DNA of 25,540 nucleotides from a virus: IMG/VR virus record IMGVR_UViG_3300001517_000005, positions 1 to 25,540 of that record; one strand, 5' to 3'. Shown piece by piece: positions 8,981 to 19,102 of this stretch (position 1 is its first letter; each line of letters starts with the position of its first letter). The notes under the pieces were generated by a model. It saw only the letters and a program-made list of their open reading frames with translations, ran no database searches and was not told where the DNA came from. The position numbers and the translations under genes were made by a program.

Positions 8981-9312
8981 TAGTATTTCACTCCCCCTAA
9001 AATCTTAAACTTGGCAGGACCTAATACTGTATCAACACGACCATCAGCCGTATTGACCTGAATATCGTAATAATAAGTGCCAGGTTGCATATTAGTATCA
9101 CTAGAAGTTAAGCGGATAGTCGCAGTATTGTCTTCATTAAATACTGTAACCTTTTTAGAGATAAGTGCAGTGGGTTTTTCTAACTAACTATTAACAGTGA
9201 AATAAACTTCATCACCATCATTTAATTCATAGTTATCAACATTCACAATAAAATCACCAGTGTCTTTTGCTATCATAGTAATAACATTGGTATCTTTATC
9301 AAACTTCATCAT
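8980..9312 (-). CDS. Small Ig-like/beta-sandwich structural protein
   Basis: ATG at 9310-9312 follows GAGGAGG and overlaps the end of the head-closure gene. Sequence MMKFDKDTNVITMIAKDTGDFIVNV..DEVYFTVNS[TAG]LEKP...DTNMQPGTYYYDIQV. One TAG at 9184. Stop is TAA 8980-8982. An alternative start is at 9276. Confidence 0.65.
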
Positions 9313-9631
9313 CTTCTGGTTCCGCCTCCTCTTCAATAGTTTCCATCATTACACTAAACCATTCGGGGCCTCGTTTTACCTGACTCATTAACCTATATAT
9401 ATCACCATTAAATACATAACGAGTATGAATATATTCGTCTAATTTAATGTCAGTAATAACATTCATCAATTTTTGTGTAGTCACACCATATTGAGTAATT
9501 TGCTCGCCAGTAGCAGTAATAGAGCAATGTGCTTTGACGAACTCGTGCGGTTCAATCTTAATGGTGTTGCCACCTTGTGTATCATCGGTAGGGATGACAC
9601 GAATGCGTTGTATTAAATCACGTTTAATCAT
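9299..9631 (-). CDS. Head closure / head-tail adaptor protein (SPP1 gp16-like)
   Basis: Intact 110-aa ORF with no TAG. ATG 9629-9631 overlaps the upstream TGA (ATGA). It lies between the connector and tail genes. Stop is TGA. Confidence 0.7.
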   Translation of the reverse strand: MIKRDLIQRIRVIPTDDTQGGNTIKIEPHEFVKAHCSITATGEQITQYGVTTQKLMNVITDIKLDEYIHTRYVFNGDIYRLMSQVKRGPEWFSVMMETIEEEAEPEDDEV

Positions 9632-9927
9632 ATCATCTTCACCCTTCTTTGTTTATTTAACATCCATCTAACTTTATCGCTATAAAAACTATCATAGGTC
9701 ATAGATACACCAGAAGAAGACTACTGTGTGGCCCCTTCACTACCTATGCGGTTATAGCGCTCAATTACCATCTAAATAACTGCGCCGTCTAGTTTATTAT
9801 TATATTCTGCTAAATTGCAGTACATATAAGCCTCATCTTTACAGAGCGCAATTAGTGTAGCCAATAATTCATCTTGTGTATCATCGTTATCTGCGATGTT
9901 TAGCAAAAGTTTTATTCTCTCTAACAT
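9628..9927 (-). CDS. Head-tail connector protein (gp6-like / SPP1 gp15-like)
   Basis: GGGAG then ATG at 9925-9927. Sequence MLERIKLLLNIADNDDTQDELLATLIALCKDEAYMYC... follows the typical family pattern. Two TAG at 9772 and 9721. TGA 9628-9630 overlaps the next ATG. Confidence 0.75.
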
Positions 9928-9944
9928 AATTGTTCTCCCTTGCT

Positions 9945-9983
9945 AAAAAAATAAAGACCTACCTACATCAGCAGGTAGGTCCC
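9945..9983 (-). terminator. Rho-independent terminator downstream of the capsid gene
   Basis: On the minus strand: GGGACCTACCT-GCTGATGT-AGGTAGGTC followed by TTTATTTTTTT. The stem is 9 bp (9956-9964 paired with 9973-9981). Confidence 0.8.
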
Positions 9984-10002
9984 TCTATTATTATATATTT
10001 AA

Positions 10003-10815
10003 TTATGGGTTAACAGGAGCAGCGTCTTCGGTCATCTTGATGATACGAGTTTTATCAGTAATAGCAACAAGAGAAACCTTACGAGCATAAACAGTATTTA
10101 AACGAACATTAGCGTCACGTTCCTGTTCGGTTTCGGCACCTTTCTTGGTGAAGACAGTAACAGCCTCTTTTGTAGCAAGGAATGCTTCACCTTCTGGAAC
10201 AGCCTTGGATACATAAATGGGAACACCACAAACGGAACCAATATAACCAGTACGAGCAAAGTCCTCAACATACTTAAGGTCATCAGCAAGAGCCTTGCGG
10301 ATATCAGCTTTCTATGCAGGATTGATAAGGCAGAATAAGCCATTTTCATCCTCATAAGGATACATAGCAATAGCGTCAACGAAACTATCAAAACTCCAAT
10401 CTACGCCATAAGCAATAAGGTTAGCCTTATCCATTTCACCAACGATTTTTTCAGTGAGGTCATTAGCCATTCTCTTTGCGAGACCATCAAGTCCAGCATC
10501 AACGACCATTGGGTCAGTCATTTCTTGCTCGTCATAGTAAGAGAAACGACCCTGGGTTACGCCAACATCATAATCCTCATCAGTGAAAGAAACAACGATA
10601 CCATCGGTGTTGCCTTCGCCCATAGCAAGGTCTTCAACATCACCAGTAGAAGTATAGGTGTGGATAACCTTCTTCATACCAGGAACCTCAACAAGGCTAT
10701 CATCGTGAGTAGCAAACTGATTAAGGTCAAGGTGAGTGATAAGTAAATCTTCAAGTTTATTTTCTAATACAAAGTTCTCATAAATAGTATGAGATTTAGC
10801 GGTATATTCAGCCAT
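10003..10815 (-). CDS. Major capsid protein
   Basis: ATG at 10813-10815 follows AAGGAG, directly downstream of the scaffold gene, with a strong terminator after it. 270 aa. A single TAG at 10312 joins the track ORF 10312..10815 to a continuous C-terminal part, which I checked codon by codon. Stop is TAA 10003-10005. Confidence 0.8.
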
Positions 10816-10842
10816 AATACAAATCTCCTTTAATAATTATTA

Positions 10843-11430
10843 TTATTTGTCGTGAGAGAGTTGTTTATATAATTCAGGATTACTGCGGTAAATCTCCGCT
10901 TGCTGCGCGATAGATAACTTCTTAAACTCCTCACGAGTTAGTCCAGTCTGCTTTGCAGAACCAGTCTTTGGTGCAGGAGACGCAATTTTATTTGCCACAG
11001 CATCAGCCACGGCCGCATTAAACATCTTTTCAAATGTGGTGATATTAGCCATCATTGTTTCTGCGTCCTCTGCTACGATATAATCAACAAACTCTACTGG
11101 AAGATGTCTATTAGCAAGCACTTTTGTTGCTTCTAATTTATTTTGCGTAATAGTAAAATCACGTTCTCTTGCTTCCAGCTCGTGAAGTTTTTGCTCGTAT
11201 TCGTAATCTCTACGCTGGCTTTCGTCCATATTCTTAAGTTTTTCTGCTTCCGCCATTTTATTTTCTAAATCTTTTTGCCATTTCTTCTATGCACTGGAAA
11301 CTCGGCGGTCGCCCTCTTGCTGTAAGAGTGCTTGGACTTCTTCTTCCGTATAAGTTTTCGGTGCGTTTTCCCCTGCGGTCTCCACAGTTGAAGTTTCTAC
11401 AACTGAACCCTTATTAAGTTCTTCTGCCAT
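10843..11430 (-). CDS. Scaffolding protein (DUF4355-like)
   Basis: GAGGAGG then ATG at 11428-11430. Charged, helical sequence (MAEAEKLKNMDESQRRDYEYEQKLHELEARERDF..). One TAG at 11287. Stop is TAA 10843-10845. It lies just upstream of the capsid gene. Confidence 0.75.
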
Positions 11431-11548
11431 AATACAAAAACCTCCTCGGCAGCCCTCCCTAGAGTTCTGCCTTCTATATTTATTTTAAAATTAGTTTAGT
11501 GGGACTACTTTTTTTCGTCCAATAGTAATGAAAATTAGAGTAATTCTT

Positions 11549-11570
11549 TAGAACAAGTTTGTCCTAAAAA
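11549..11570. promoter_or_regulatory. Conserved 22-nt box, copy A: TAGAACAAGTTTGTCCTAAAAA
   Basis: Identical at 21 of 22 positions to 18055..18076. It contains the palindrome ACAA-NN-TTGT. It directly follows the MuF gene TGA (11571) and lies upstream of the scaffold/capsid genes. Confidence 0.5.
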
Positions 11571-12461
11571 TCAATAATCTTCCTCGTCTTCTTCCTCAAT
11601 CTCTACTGCTTGCTCCTCTATTGGTTCTTCTCTCCAAGCGTGAAAATCACAAACACAATTAGGGTGATAGGGAGGTAATTCACTCCCTAACACCGCTTCT
11701 TCTAATGGAATAATCTCACCAACATAATCACTGCATACTTCATCACAAGGTTCTGGGTTAATAATTTCAACATACTCAATACCCATATCAAGATATGCTT
11801 CTTTAGTCGCCATAGACCACATTGCCATCGTTTCTGTTTTTAACAAACGTGCTACATTATAACCTGCAGTTTTAGTTAATTTCTTCCATGCCTATTTCAT
11901 CCAATCCATACCTCTCCCATTGGTGACGCCTTGCTCTAATACATAAGACAACTTACTCTAAAAGTTAGCCACATTGCCCCATAAACGAGTGCTATAAGTC
12001 TTACCATCCTAACACCAAGGGATTTTAAGATAATTGCTTGTAATATAAGTATCAGTTATTTTAACCCTAACATCTAATGAATGCCTGGTGGGCGCAGATG
12101 GTATCTTTGGTCTAAAGGTATCATAGGTCCAAAGCAAAGTTTCACGGTATGACCGTATCAAACTTTCACTTACTACCTAATATCCAATCCAACACCAATC
12201 CGTAAATCTGCGCCATTCCCTATTTTCAATATCTTTTAATGCATTATAAATTGCGGGATGCTCGCCTAGCCGTATCTTTTTAGTTAAATCAATTTTACCA
12301 GACCTCTCCATTTCTTCTAAAATCTCTTCAACTTCCTCAAATACTTCATCGGCAATTTCTTCAAGCAATTTATCTAATTTATCTTCATCTTCATAGGCAT
12401 CTGCCAATAGAGACCAGATAAAATCAATTGTTGGTTGAGAGTATTCACTAAAGATATTCAT
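11571..12461 (-). CDS. Minor head protein, Mu F / SPP1 gp7-like
   Basis: ATG 12459-12461 overlaps the upstream TGA. Motifs STRLWGNV...ARLLKTETMAMWSMA...PPYHPNCVCDF match the Phage_Mu_F pattern (rlvrTE....PP.HpNCRC). Four TAG at 12177, 12009, 11958 and 11892. Stop is TGA 11571-11573. Confidence 0.88.
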
Positions 12462-12847
12462 TTATTGATATTCACCTATGCTTCAATTTGCGCTGTGATA
12501 TATGCCTGTAAATCTCCAATAGCAGCAGTTAGATATTTCTTTGCCTCATCAGTAAGTATCATCATTACGGCGCTATAGGTCGTTTCAAAAGCAATCCGTT
12601 GCTCTTGCGCGCCAAATGCGCCCTGCTCTTTTAATGCTTCTACATAAGTCTGGTTAGTGGCAATGACACAATTTGAAATTGTGTCTTCAAGCATAGCGAT
12701 ATACTTTTTCGCCAATGCATTATCGGTTTCCTCTTGGATATGTTTGCTCTACACTCTAATCCATTGAACCGCATAGGTAGTTAAAATCCCAAGAAGAGGG
12801 ATAACACAGATTTCAAAAATCTTACTTAACATTTCAATCCAATTCAT
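12458..12847 (-). CDS. N-terminal-TM protein, LL-H holin-like
   Basis: GAGGT then ATG at 12845-12847. Sequence MNWIEMLSKIFEICVIPLLGILTTYAVQWI, followed by a helical domain. TAG at 12749 and 12476. The real stop, TGA 12458-12460, overlaps the next ATG (ATGA). The family call is from memory. Confidence 0.55.
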
Positions 12848-12912
12848 CTTTCTACCTCTACATCAATAATTTTTTAAAAATAATCTATTGAAGACCGAAT
12901 GGAGGGCATTCA

Positions 12913-14277
12913 TCATTCTTCTTCGTTTTCTTTTTCTTTGGCTTGGGCTGCGGTTTCATACTCTACACCAGGAGAAGCAAAGAATGGATTATTCAACTTC
13001 TCGTTTTCTTTTTGTTTACTCAAACGTTCTAATTCAGCTTCAACATCTTCTACAAATGGGATTTGCGCGAGCAAGGTTTCATCACTGACAATACCAGATA
13101 ATATATTAACCATATTCGCAATATCTGTATCATTACTAGGAATGTTGCGAGTAAAGATAATTTCAATACCACGCCAATCAAATCTCTAATTTACAATACC
13201 AGTAATCATACTCATAAGTTCTAATCTCTATTGCAATCCCTTTTTGAACTTGCGCTCTTTAATAGAGGTAAGATTTTCAGTTCCTAATAATTTAAACTTA
13301 ATAGCAACACCAGAAGCATTACTAGCAAACTCTTTATCTGCGAGGTTAGGACATTTTGCAAACTTATGAATATCCTAATCTAAACGATTCTTCATGTTTT
13401 CAGTAGTAGAATCATTTTCACTTTTGATTAACCATTCTGCGCTAGTGCCTTCATCCATAAGAAGCACTCTATTCTACTTCATCTATTGGATATCTTCTGG
13501 CTCTGCAGTGAAGCCATATAAAGCCAAATAAGCATCAACAAAATACTCAAAATCGTTTAAACTATCACTTTCCATTTTGTCATAGGCATCAATTAAATCA
13601 ATGACCTTCTCAAAATCACCCATTTGGTCTTCATTATTTTCAAAAATAGCAATTGGGACCATACCAAAATAATGAGGATAACTTTCCAAGAGAGTAAAAG
13701 AACTAAACATTTCATTAGTGCGGTATCTAGTGACATTCATATCGTCAATAATTTCAATTACGTATGTTTTTTTATCATCAACTAAATCATAATCTTCATA
13801 ATACCTAATAACCGCAATAAGGTTTTCTTCAATGCTCTTGTCATAAATAGGGATAACTTCTTTTGGGTCCAAACGCTTGAACCTAATCATCTTATCCTCT
13901 TCGCCAAAATACAGTTCTTCATAGGCAACGCCATAAATACTAGCATCTTTTGCTAATTCAGCATTTTCATCTGCTTCATCATTATATTCAAAAATCATAT
14001 TGATATCTTGCAACAGGTCTTTGTCTGCGGCATTATAACTAACGGGTTCGCCCATAAAATAACCAACCAGTGTGTCAGTAATATAACTAGCATACGGGTT
14101 GGCAGTTTTGTTATTTGGTTTAGTGGTATCATTCATAATGCGCCGATGGATATCATTATCATTTTTGTAATATCTTTCTAATTTCTATAATCGTGGTAAT
14201 TCTTTACCGAAGTGATTTTCAACAATGCGCTTAATTACATTTGTTGTTAATTCCTCTTTATCATTTAGTGTAACCAA
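12913..14277 (-). CDS. Portal protein, SPP1 gp6 family
   Basis: GGAGG lies 9 nt upstream of TTG 14275-14277. Contains L[TAG]KLERYYKNDNDI, KPNNKTANPYASYITDTLVGYFMGEPV and an acidic C-terminus. Six TAG at 14185, 13483, 13474, 13375, 13228 and 13186. Frame checked. Stop is TGA 12913-12915. Confidence 0.9.
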
Positions 14278-14291
14278 TGATATAGACCTCC

Positions 14292-15533
14292 TTAAAATAG
14301 TAAATCCTTTTTCATTGAAGCCAATGGGACGCGCGCCTCCACACATTGTAAGGAATAGCGCAAGGCATCCAAACTATGGTTAAAGGTGTCTATTGGCTCA
14401 TTTATATACTCATTAGTATTTTTATCTTTCTTCCACGAGTAGTTACTCAATTCTTCAATTATGTCTTTACAAGACGGGGCTACAATTAACTCATACTACT
14501 AGATTTTTTGGATGCCTTGTAAAATGCTGCCCTTGCCCTTCACGCAAGGTTTGATACGCTAAACGCCTGCACGTTTAATTTCATCTATACTCTTTTGTTC
14601 CGCGCTATCAGCGCAAATTATGCTTTTACCAAAACCCATCTCTTTAATAGCATCCGCTATTTCATCATTAAGATAACCAGTGCCGCCCCATTCCTTAAAA
14701 ACATAGATGCGCCCTTCGTCTTCGCATAAGATAGATGCTACAAAGCGCGTTGGGTCATTAGTATAACCAAAGTCTAGCCCACAAAGTAATGAACCATTTA
14801 TTTTCTTGGGGTCAAAATCCATAACCTACCAATTGTTATAAACCAATTTATCTAAACTACCAAACTCACCAAGAGCATAGATTTTGTAATAAACTTCATT
14901 AGTCTATTTCATCTATAATAATGTTTCAACATACTCTTTTGGTAAATGCGGATTATCTAAATAATTAGTATGGACTATTACTACATTTTTTCTAAACTCA
15001 TTTAATTCTGGGTTATCAGCAAAGAACTATAAATAACACCAGTTAGCTTTAGAAACAGGGTTAAAAGATAAAATCAACTACTAGTCCTTTGCTTTTGGGT
15101 CACGAATACGAAGATTTACTTGGCTAAAATCGTCCATAGTAAACTCCGTTGCTTCCTCTAACCAAGCATCGGTTAAACCAGTAATTGACTTTATTTTTTC
15201 AGGGTCATCTAAACCCATACACAAAAATTGAGTTCCATTAGGTAAGGTAATAGTAAAATCAGTACGGTTAATACTGCATTGCTTGTAAATACCAAATTGT
15301 GAGATAGTATCCAATAGTAACTAGAAAGTAGAAGCCTTGGTAGTGCGATTGACTTTACGAAGAACTAATACTTTCCGCACTGATTTTAAACCTTTATACA
15401 CTAATCGCTATGCTATAAAATGTGATTTTCCTGACCCAGCACCGCCATAAAAAATAATAAAACGAGTACTATAATCTTCTAAATAAGGGAGATATACTTT
15501 GTTAAATATATTTTTATGGATTTTAATTTTCAT
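14292..15533 (-). CDS. terL: Terminase large subunit (PBSX/Terminase_3-like)
   Basis: ATG 15531-15533 overlaps the upstream TGA. Walker A is FYGGAGSGKS. The nuclease-domain motif is HSLDALRY. Eleven TAG at 15408, 15321, 15081, 15078, 15027, 14913, 14904, 14826, 14559, 14499 and 14496. Frame checked end to end. Stop is TAA 14292-14294. Confidence 0.94.
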
Positions 15534-15769
15534 AAGAACAACACGTTCCCGTGTTGCACCAAGAGAGAACGAAGAATATAGATAGTACGATTATCAATAT
15601 CTCGTCCTAATGCCATACAGTTCTGGACTTCTTCTTTGTTGTCTTTATCGCAATCATCTAATGAAATAGTGCGGAACTCACCTAATGCTTTTAATAAATC
15701 ATTACACGCTTCAGCGCAAGGGGCCCACTTCTCTTCAATTTCTGCTTTCTTTGCTTCAAAATCAATCAT
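15530..15769 (-). CDS. Hypothetical 79-aa protein between terS and terL (no TAG)
   Basis: Intact ORF. Its ATG overlaps the end of terS, and its TGA (15530-15532) overlaps the terL ATG. Confidence 0.65.
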   Translation of the reverse strand: MIDFEAKKAEIEEKWAPCAEACNDLLKALGEFRTISLDDCDKDNKEEVQNCMALGRDIDNRTIYILRSLLVQHGNVLFL

Positions 15770-16139
15770 CTTTTTCCTCCACTAATTGAACCTCAATAAC
15801 ATCTTTATTTTCGGTTTTCTATGTTTGTAATGATAAGTTTTTACTTAATAATTCTAATGCTTTTAATTTAGCAGAAAGAATAGCTTTATCATCTGTTTTA
15901 TCAAAAGCAATTTCTGCTATTTCCTGCATTACTCGTTTTGCATCTATTTTGAGACTATCATAAACTTCGTTTCTGCGGTCTTCAATATATGCAGCAATTT
16001 CTGGTTTTTTCAATAAGGTATAAGGATAGGAAGGTTTGCTCTTTTTTTCTCCAAATACCTAACGATAGGCTGCGGCTGCATTAAATCCATTAGTAATGTA
16101 AGCTTCAACAAATAATTTTTGGTTCTCGGTAAGCGCCAT
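15762..16139 (-). CDS. terS: Terminase small subunit
   Basis: AGGAGG then ATG at 16137-16139. Sequence MALTENQKLFVEAYITNGFNAAAAYR[TAG]VFGEKK...KKPEIAAYIEDRR follows the typical terS HTH pattern. TAG at 16059 and 15819. Stop is TGA 15762-15764. Confidence 0.85.
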
Positions 16140-16163
16140 TTTGAATTACCTCCTATCTAATAA

Positions 16164-16730
16164 TTAGAAATGAAACTCTTCTTTGATTGGTTGCCTACTG
16201 GCGTTCTCTATTCTTCTACTGGTTTCATTATTATTTTTATTCTTTATTTTATTATACTCAATATCATATTGTCCCGAAGGCACATTTTCAAATTGTCCCT
16301 GATTATTTTGATATTGTGCCTTGATTTCATTGACACAATTTGATATTGTTTTTTGAAAATACTTTTCTCTATCTTCTTCTAATACACAAGCAGGTGGATA
16401 GTTAATACCTTCTTTAATAATTTTAGGCAAAACAAAAAGTTTGCCATTTTCAGCATAAATCCAACCTCGCTGGGCTAATGCTTGTCGTGCTTTACTATAT
16501 GTTTGCTATACCATTCCAGTGCGGTCACAAATCCATTTTTCGCTAACGCCAAAGGTCCCATTACCTAATGTGCCTAGTAATACGACGATTAACTTAATTT
16601 GGTTCCCGCATTTCCCATCCAATTGGGTAAAAACACTATCCATTAACTCTTGCGGTAAATTATAATAATTATTACTTTCATATTTATTTTTATTATGCAA
16701 TAATTTTGGGGCTTGTTTAAAGTTTGGCAT
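16164..16730 (-). CDS. Putative winged-helix DNA-binding protein (replication or regulatory role unknown)
   Basis: GAAGGAG then ATG at 16728-16730. Contains ...GVSEKWICDRTGMV[TAG]QTYSKARQALAQRGWI. One TAG at 16506 joins the two track ORFs in frame. Stop is TAA 16164-16166. Confidence 0.6.
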
Positions 16731-16749
16731 TTTGGCACTGCTCCTTCAC

Positions 16750-16932
16750 TTATGACTTTTCGTTTGTTAGTATTTCATCAAATGCCTAGTTCAAAGCATC
16801 TGTTGCGGCAAAGATAAAAACATCTAACCAAGGTTTGTGCGGATTTGCCTCTGTCCTAATAATTTTAAAACCACGCCGATATAACATACCAGCGATTTTG
16901 CTTGAATAAACTTTTTTGATTTTTGCATCCAT
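16750..16932 (-). CDS. Small DUF5659-like protein
   Basis: AAAGGAG then ATG at 16930-16932. Sequence MDAKIKKVYSSKIAGMLYRRGFKIIRTEANPHKPWLDVFIFAATDAL. TAG at 16786. Stop is TAA 16750-16752. The family call is from memory. Confidence 0.6.
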
Positions 16933-16978
16933 TTTTTTGCTTCTCCTTTTGCAATAATTTTGTTTAAACATAGATAGA

Positions 16979-17066
16979 GCCGCATTTAAATTGAATAAGG
17001 TAGATGAAAGGAATGATAATATGTAAAAAGACTTCTAAAAAGACTACCTTATATTTTAAATGCGGC
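16979..17066 (-). other. Long imperfect hairpin (12 + 9 bp stem, 40-nt loop) in the leader between the HNH gene and the packaging-side genes. The loop holds a tandem 10-mer.
   Basis: GCCGCATTTAAA (16979-16990) pairs with TTTAAATGCGGC (17055-17066). ATAAGGTAG (16995-17003) pairs with CTACCTTAT (17044-17052). TAAAAAGACT occurs at 17024-17033 and again at 17036-17045. Confidence 0.6.
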
Positions 17067-17144
17067 CCTACCTCGTGTCGTGTCAATAATAGGAAGGAAA
17101 ATTAATAACTTCTTAAAAAAGAACCTATTTATTTTTACGTTAAT

Positions 17145-17173
17145 ATTATATCATTTTTTTTTTAAAAAATCAA
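17145..17173 (-). promoter_or_regulatory. Strong SigA-type promoter with extended -10, reading into the DUF5659 to terS to terL side
   Basis: On the minus strand: TTGATT (17173-17168), 17-nt spacer, TG-n-TATAAT (TATAAT at 17150-17145). It overlaps the HNH stop codon. Confidence 0.65.
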
Positions 17174-17754
17174 GGCAGTTCCGTCTCGGCTCTAAAATAA
17201 CCAAAACCAAATGGTCGTCTATATCCATATACATTTTGTCTTATCTATAAGATACTCACATCCATTTTTTTGTGCGCTTCTATAATGCTATTAAAGCGTT
17301 CTACATAGTTTCCATCTAAATCAAATAGAATAATAGGGGTAGTATCTGTTGTAATTTTTCTAGCTGTAATTTTTTTGCTATTACGTCTATTATCACTAGG
17401 AGTGGTCCAATGTAAATTGCCATAATAGTTATTAACCATACATCTGTCTTTATGGTCGCAGATATTGGCCTCGGTAGTAGGGGGGCCATTAAATGCTTCA
17501 CATACTAAACGATGGATATAAACGAAATGGATTTTCATTCTGTCATCAGTAGGATGGTCGCGCCGTCTTAAGGTAACGCAAGGATACCCATTATGGTCTT
17601 GTTGCAATTTACGCAATAACTATGTTTTTTTGCTACGCAAACGACCAAAACTAGAAACTTCGTATCTATCTTCAAATCCTGGAGCAGGCAACCAAATCTC
17701 TACTTCATCTTCACTTGGCAAAATAATTGCTGGGTTATTATTTTTATCTGTCAT
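17170..17754 (-). CDS. HNH homing-endonuclease-like protein (NUMOD4 + HNH_3 type)
   Basis: AAGGAGG then ATG at 17752-17754. Motifs are EIWLPAPGFEDRYEVSSFGRLRS, HRLVCEAF and DHKDRCMVNNYYGNLHWTTPSDN. TAG at 17620 and 17245. The conserved C-terminal segment (..QNVYGYRRPFGFGYFRAE) is reached only by reading through TAG 17245. Stop is TGA 17170-17172. Confidence 0.85.
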
Positions 17755-17781
17755 TTTAAAACCTCCTTGGTATTAGAAAAA

Positions 17782-17955
17782 TTAGTTATTTTTGAACTAA
17801 TTAGCCAATGTTATTAAATATTTATATATTTTTTCTTGTTCTTCTGGTGTTAAATCTTTGATTATGCCAGATGCGTATTTACGAAGACGACCATATGAAA
17901 TACCAGTAACTTTAGCAATTGAGTGTTTGTTTAACTCGTTAATTGCATCTCTCAT
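17782..17955 (-). CDS. Small HTH DNA-binding protein (Cro/Xis-like candidate)
   Basis: AGGAGG then ATG at 17953-17955. Sequence MRDAINELNKHSIAKVTGISYGRLRKYASGIIKDLTPEEQEKIYKYLITLAN, then TAG at 17797, then FKNN and TAA (17782-17784). The product is 52 aa in code 11 and 57 aa if TAG is sense. Confidence 0.75.
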
Positions 17956-17974
17956 TTTGGTCCTCCTAAAATAG

Positions 17975-18007
17975 ATATAAAAAGAGAACACCGAAAAATC
18001 GGTGTCC
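17975..18007 (-). terminator. Rho-independent terminator-like hairpin immediately upstream of the HTH gene RBS
   Basis: On the minus strand: ACACCGA-TTTT-TCGGTGT (18005-17988) followed by TCTCTTTTTATATC. Confidence 0.6.
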
Positions 18008-18054
18008 TATTATATGTTCTTTACCACTTATATATAAAAAATAGAATGATACAA

Positions 18055-18076
18055 TAGAACAATTTTGTCCTAAAAA
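18055..18076. promoter_or_regulatory. Conserved 22-nt box, copy B: TAGAACAATTTTGTCCTAAAAA
   Basis: Identical at 21 of 22 positions to 11549..11570. It begins 3 nt after the Tal-like gene TGA (18080-18082). Confidence 0.5.
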
Positions 18077-18079
18077 ATC

Positions 18080-19102
18080 TCAGTTCATTTCCTTCAGGAG
18101 TTCGCGCACATATTTAATATCATTATCAGTGCGTTTATTACCCTTTAAGAACAAATCATAGAAACTAGTCATTAAATTATTTATTTCTAGTGTTGATTTT
18201 TCTGGTGCTTTTGGATAACGGACAATTTTTACTACGCGCTATGTTTGTTTGATTTGTTTGATTTTATCCACAATGATAATTTCATCCCCGATATTTACAT
18301 TATCATCAATCTAACTTACAGCTAACTAATAACTGGCTTTTGGCTATGCAATTTCATTTAAATAATCAGTAGCTTTCTTTTTTAAAATCTCTGGAACCTC
18401 AATAGTTTCATCTATCCAAATCTTTTGGATATACTTGCCTGTATAACTATAGTTCTCTAAAAAATTACGACCATTATTTACATTAGCAATTGTTAAACCA
18501 TCTTTGCCAAAAGGATAAAGAACTGTAGCATAATCATAAGTATTGGAGTATTTCTTTAATAATTTTAAATTGAGCTCATTAGAATAATAAACCCCTAAAT
18601 TAGAACCCATTTTAGCATAAACATGCAATTGTTTATTTTTAGTATCAAACCAAACTTCTTGCCCGTAATCTTCTGCAATAGTTCGTATCATATCATAAGC
18701 ATTAACATTAGGTAATTGATAAGTAATTTTAGTGCGGTCATTACTATGATAATTAACGGTCCAACCAGTGCCAGATAAACAATAAGCATATCCTTGCTAT
18801 AAGTTCTTATCATAACAGTCAAAGGTCAAGAAAACTGTCCCTTTAATTGTTTCAATGTCGGCACTACAATAAACAGTAATAAACTTGTTATTATTACTTT
18901 TAATCTCTTTAATTATATAGTTATAATCATCAGTTTCTACATAGTTTTCTTCATCAATATAATTGATATATGTTTCGTCACAAGGCACTTCAAAGCACAA
19001 GGTGCGCTGCCCTGTGCTTAAAGTGTCAGTTGTATAAATGTTATTTATATTTGTATCCAAGAGAGTAAGAAAATGATGATGCGTATCATAGATTTTTAAC
19101 AT
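18080..19102 (-). CDS. Tail-associated (Tal-like) minor structural protein, Prophage_tail N-terminal type
   Basis: ATG 19100-19102 overlaps the upstream TAA (TAATG). The N-terminus MLKIYDTHHHFLTLLDTNINNIYTTDTLSTGQRTLCFEVP is typical of 'phage minor structural protein, N-terminal region'. Five TAG at 18797, 18344, 18326, 18311 and 18239. Frame checked. Stop is TGA 18080-18082. Confidence 0.8.

Noticed and set aside
17024-17045. The tandem TAAAAAGACT repeat, considered as a CRISPR-like or iteron array.
   Set aside because: There are only two short copies with a 2-nt spacer, so it is far too small for a CRISPR array. I retained it only as part of the leader hairpin finding.
16979-17066. An 88-nt hairpin with a 7-bp GC-rich terminal stem and a CTA triplet in its loop, considered as a suppressor tRNA.
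   Set aside because: There is no D-arm or T-arm (no GG, no TTC). The sequence around the CTA (AAGAC-TTCTAAA-AAGAC) cannot form an anticodon stem. The overall structure is one long imperfect stem, not a cloverleaf.
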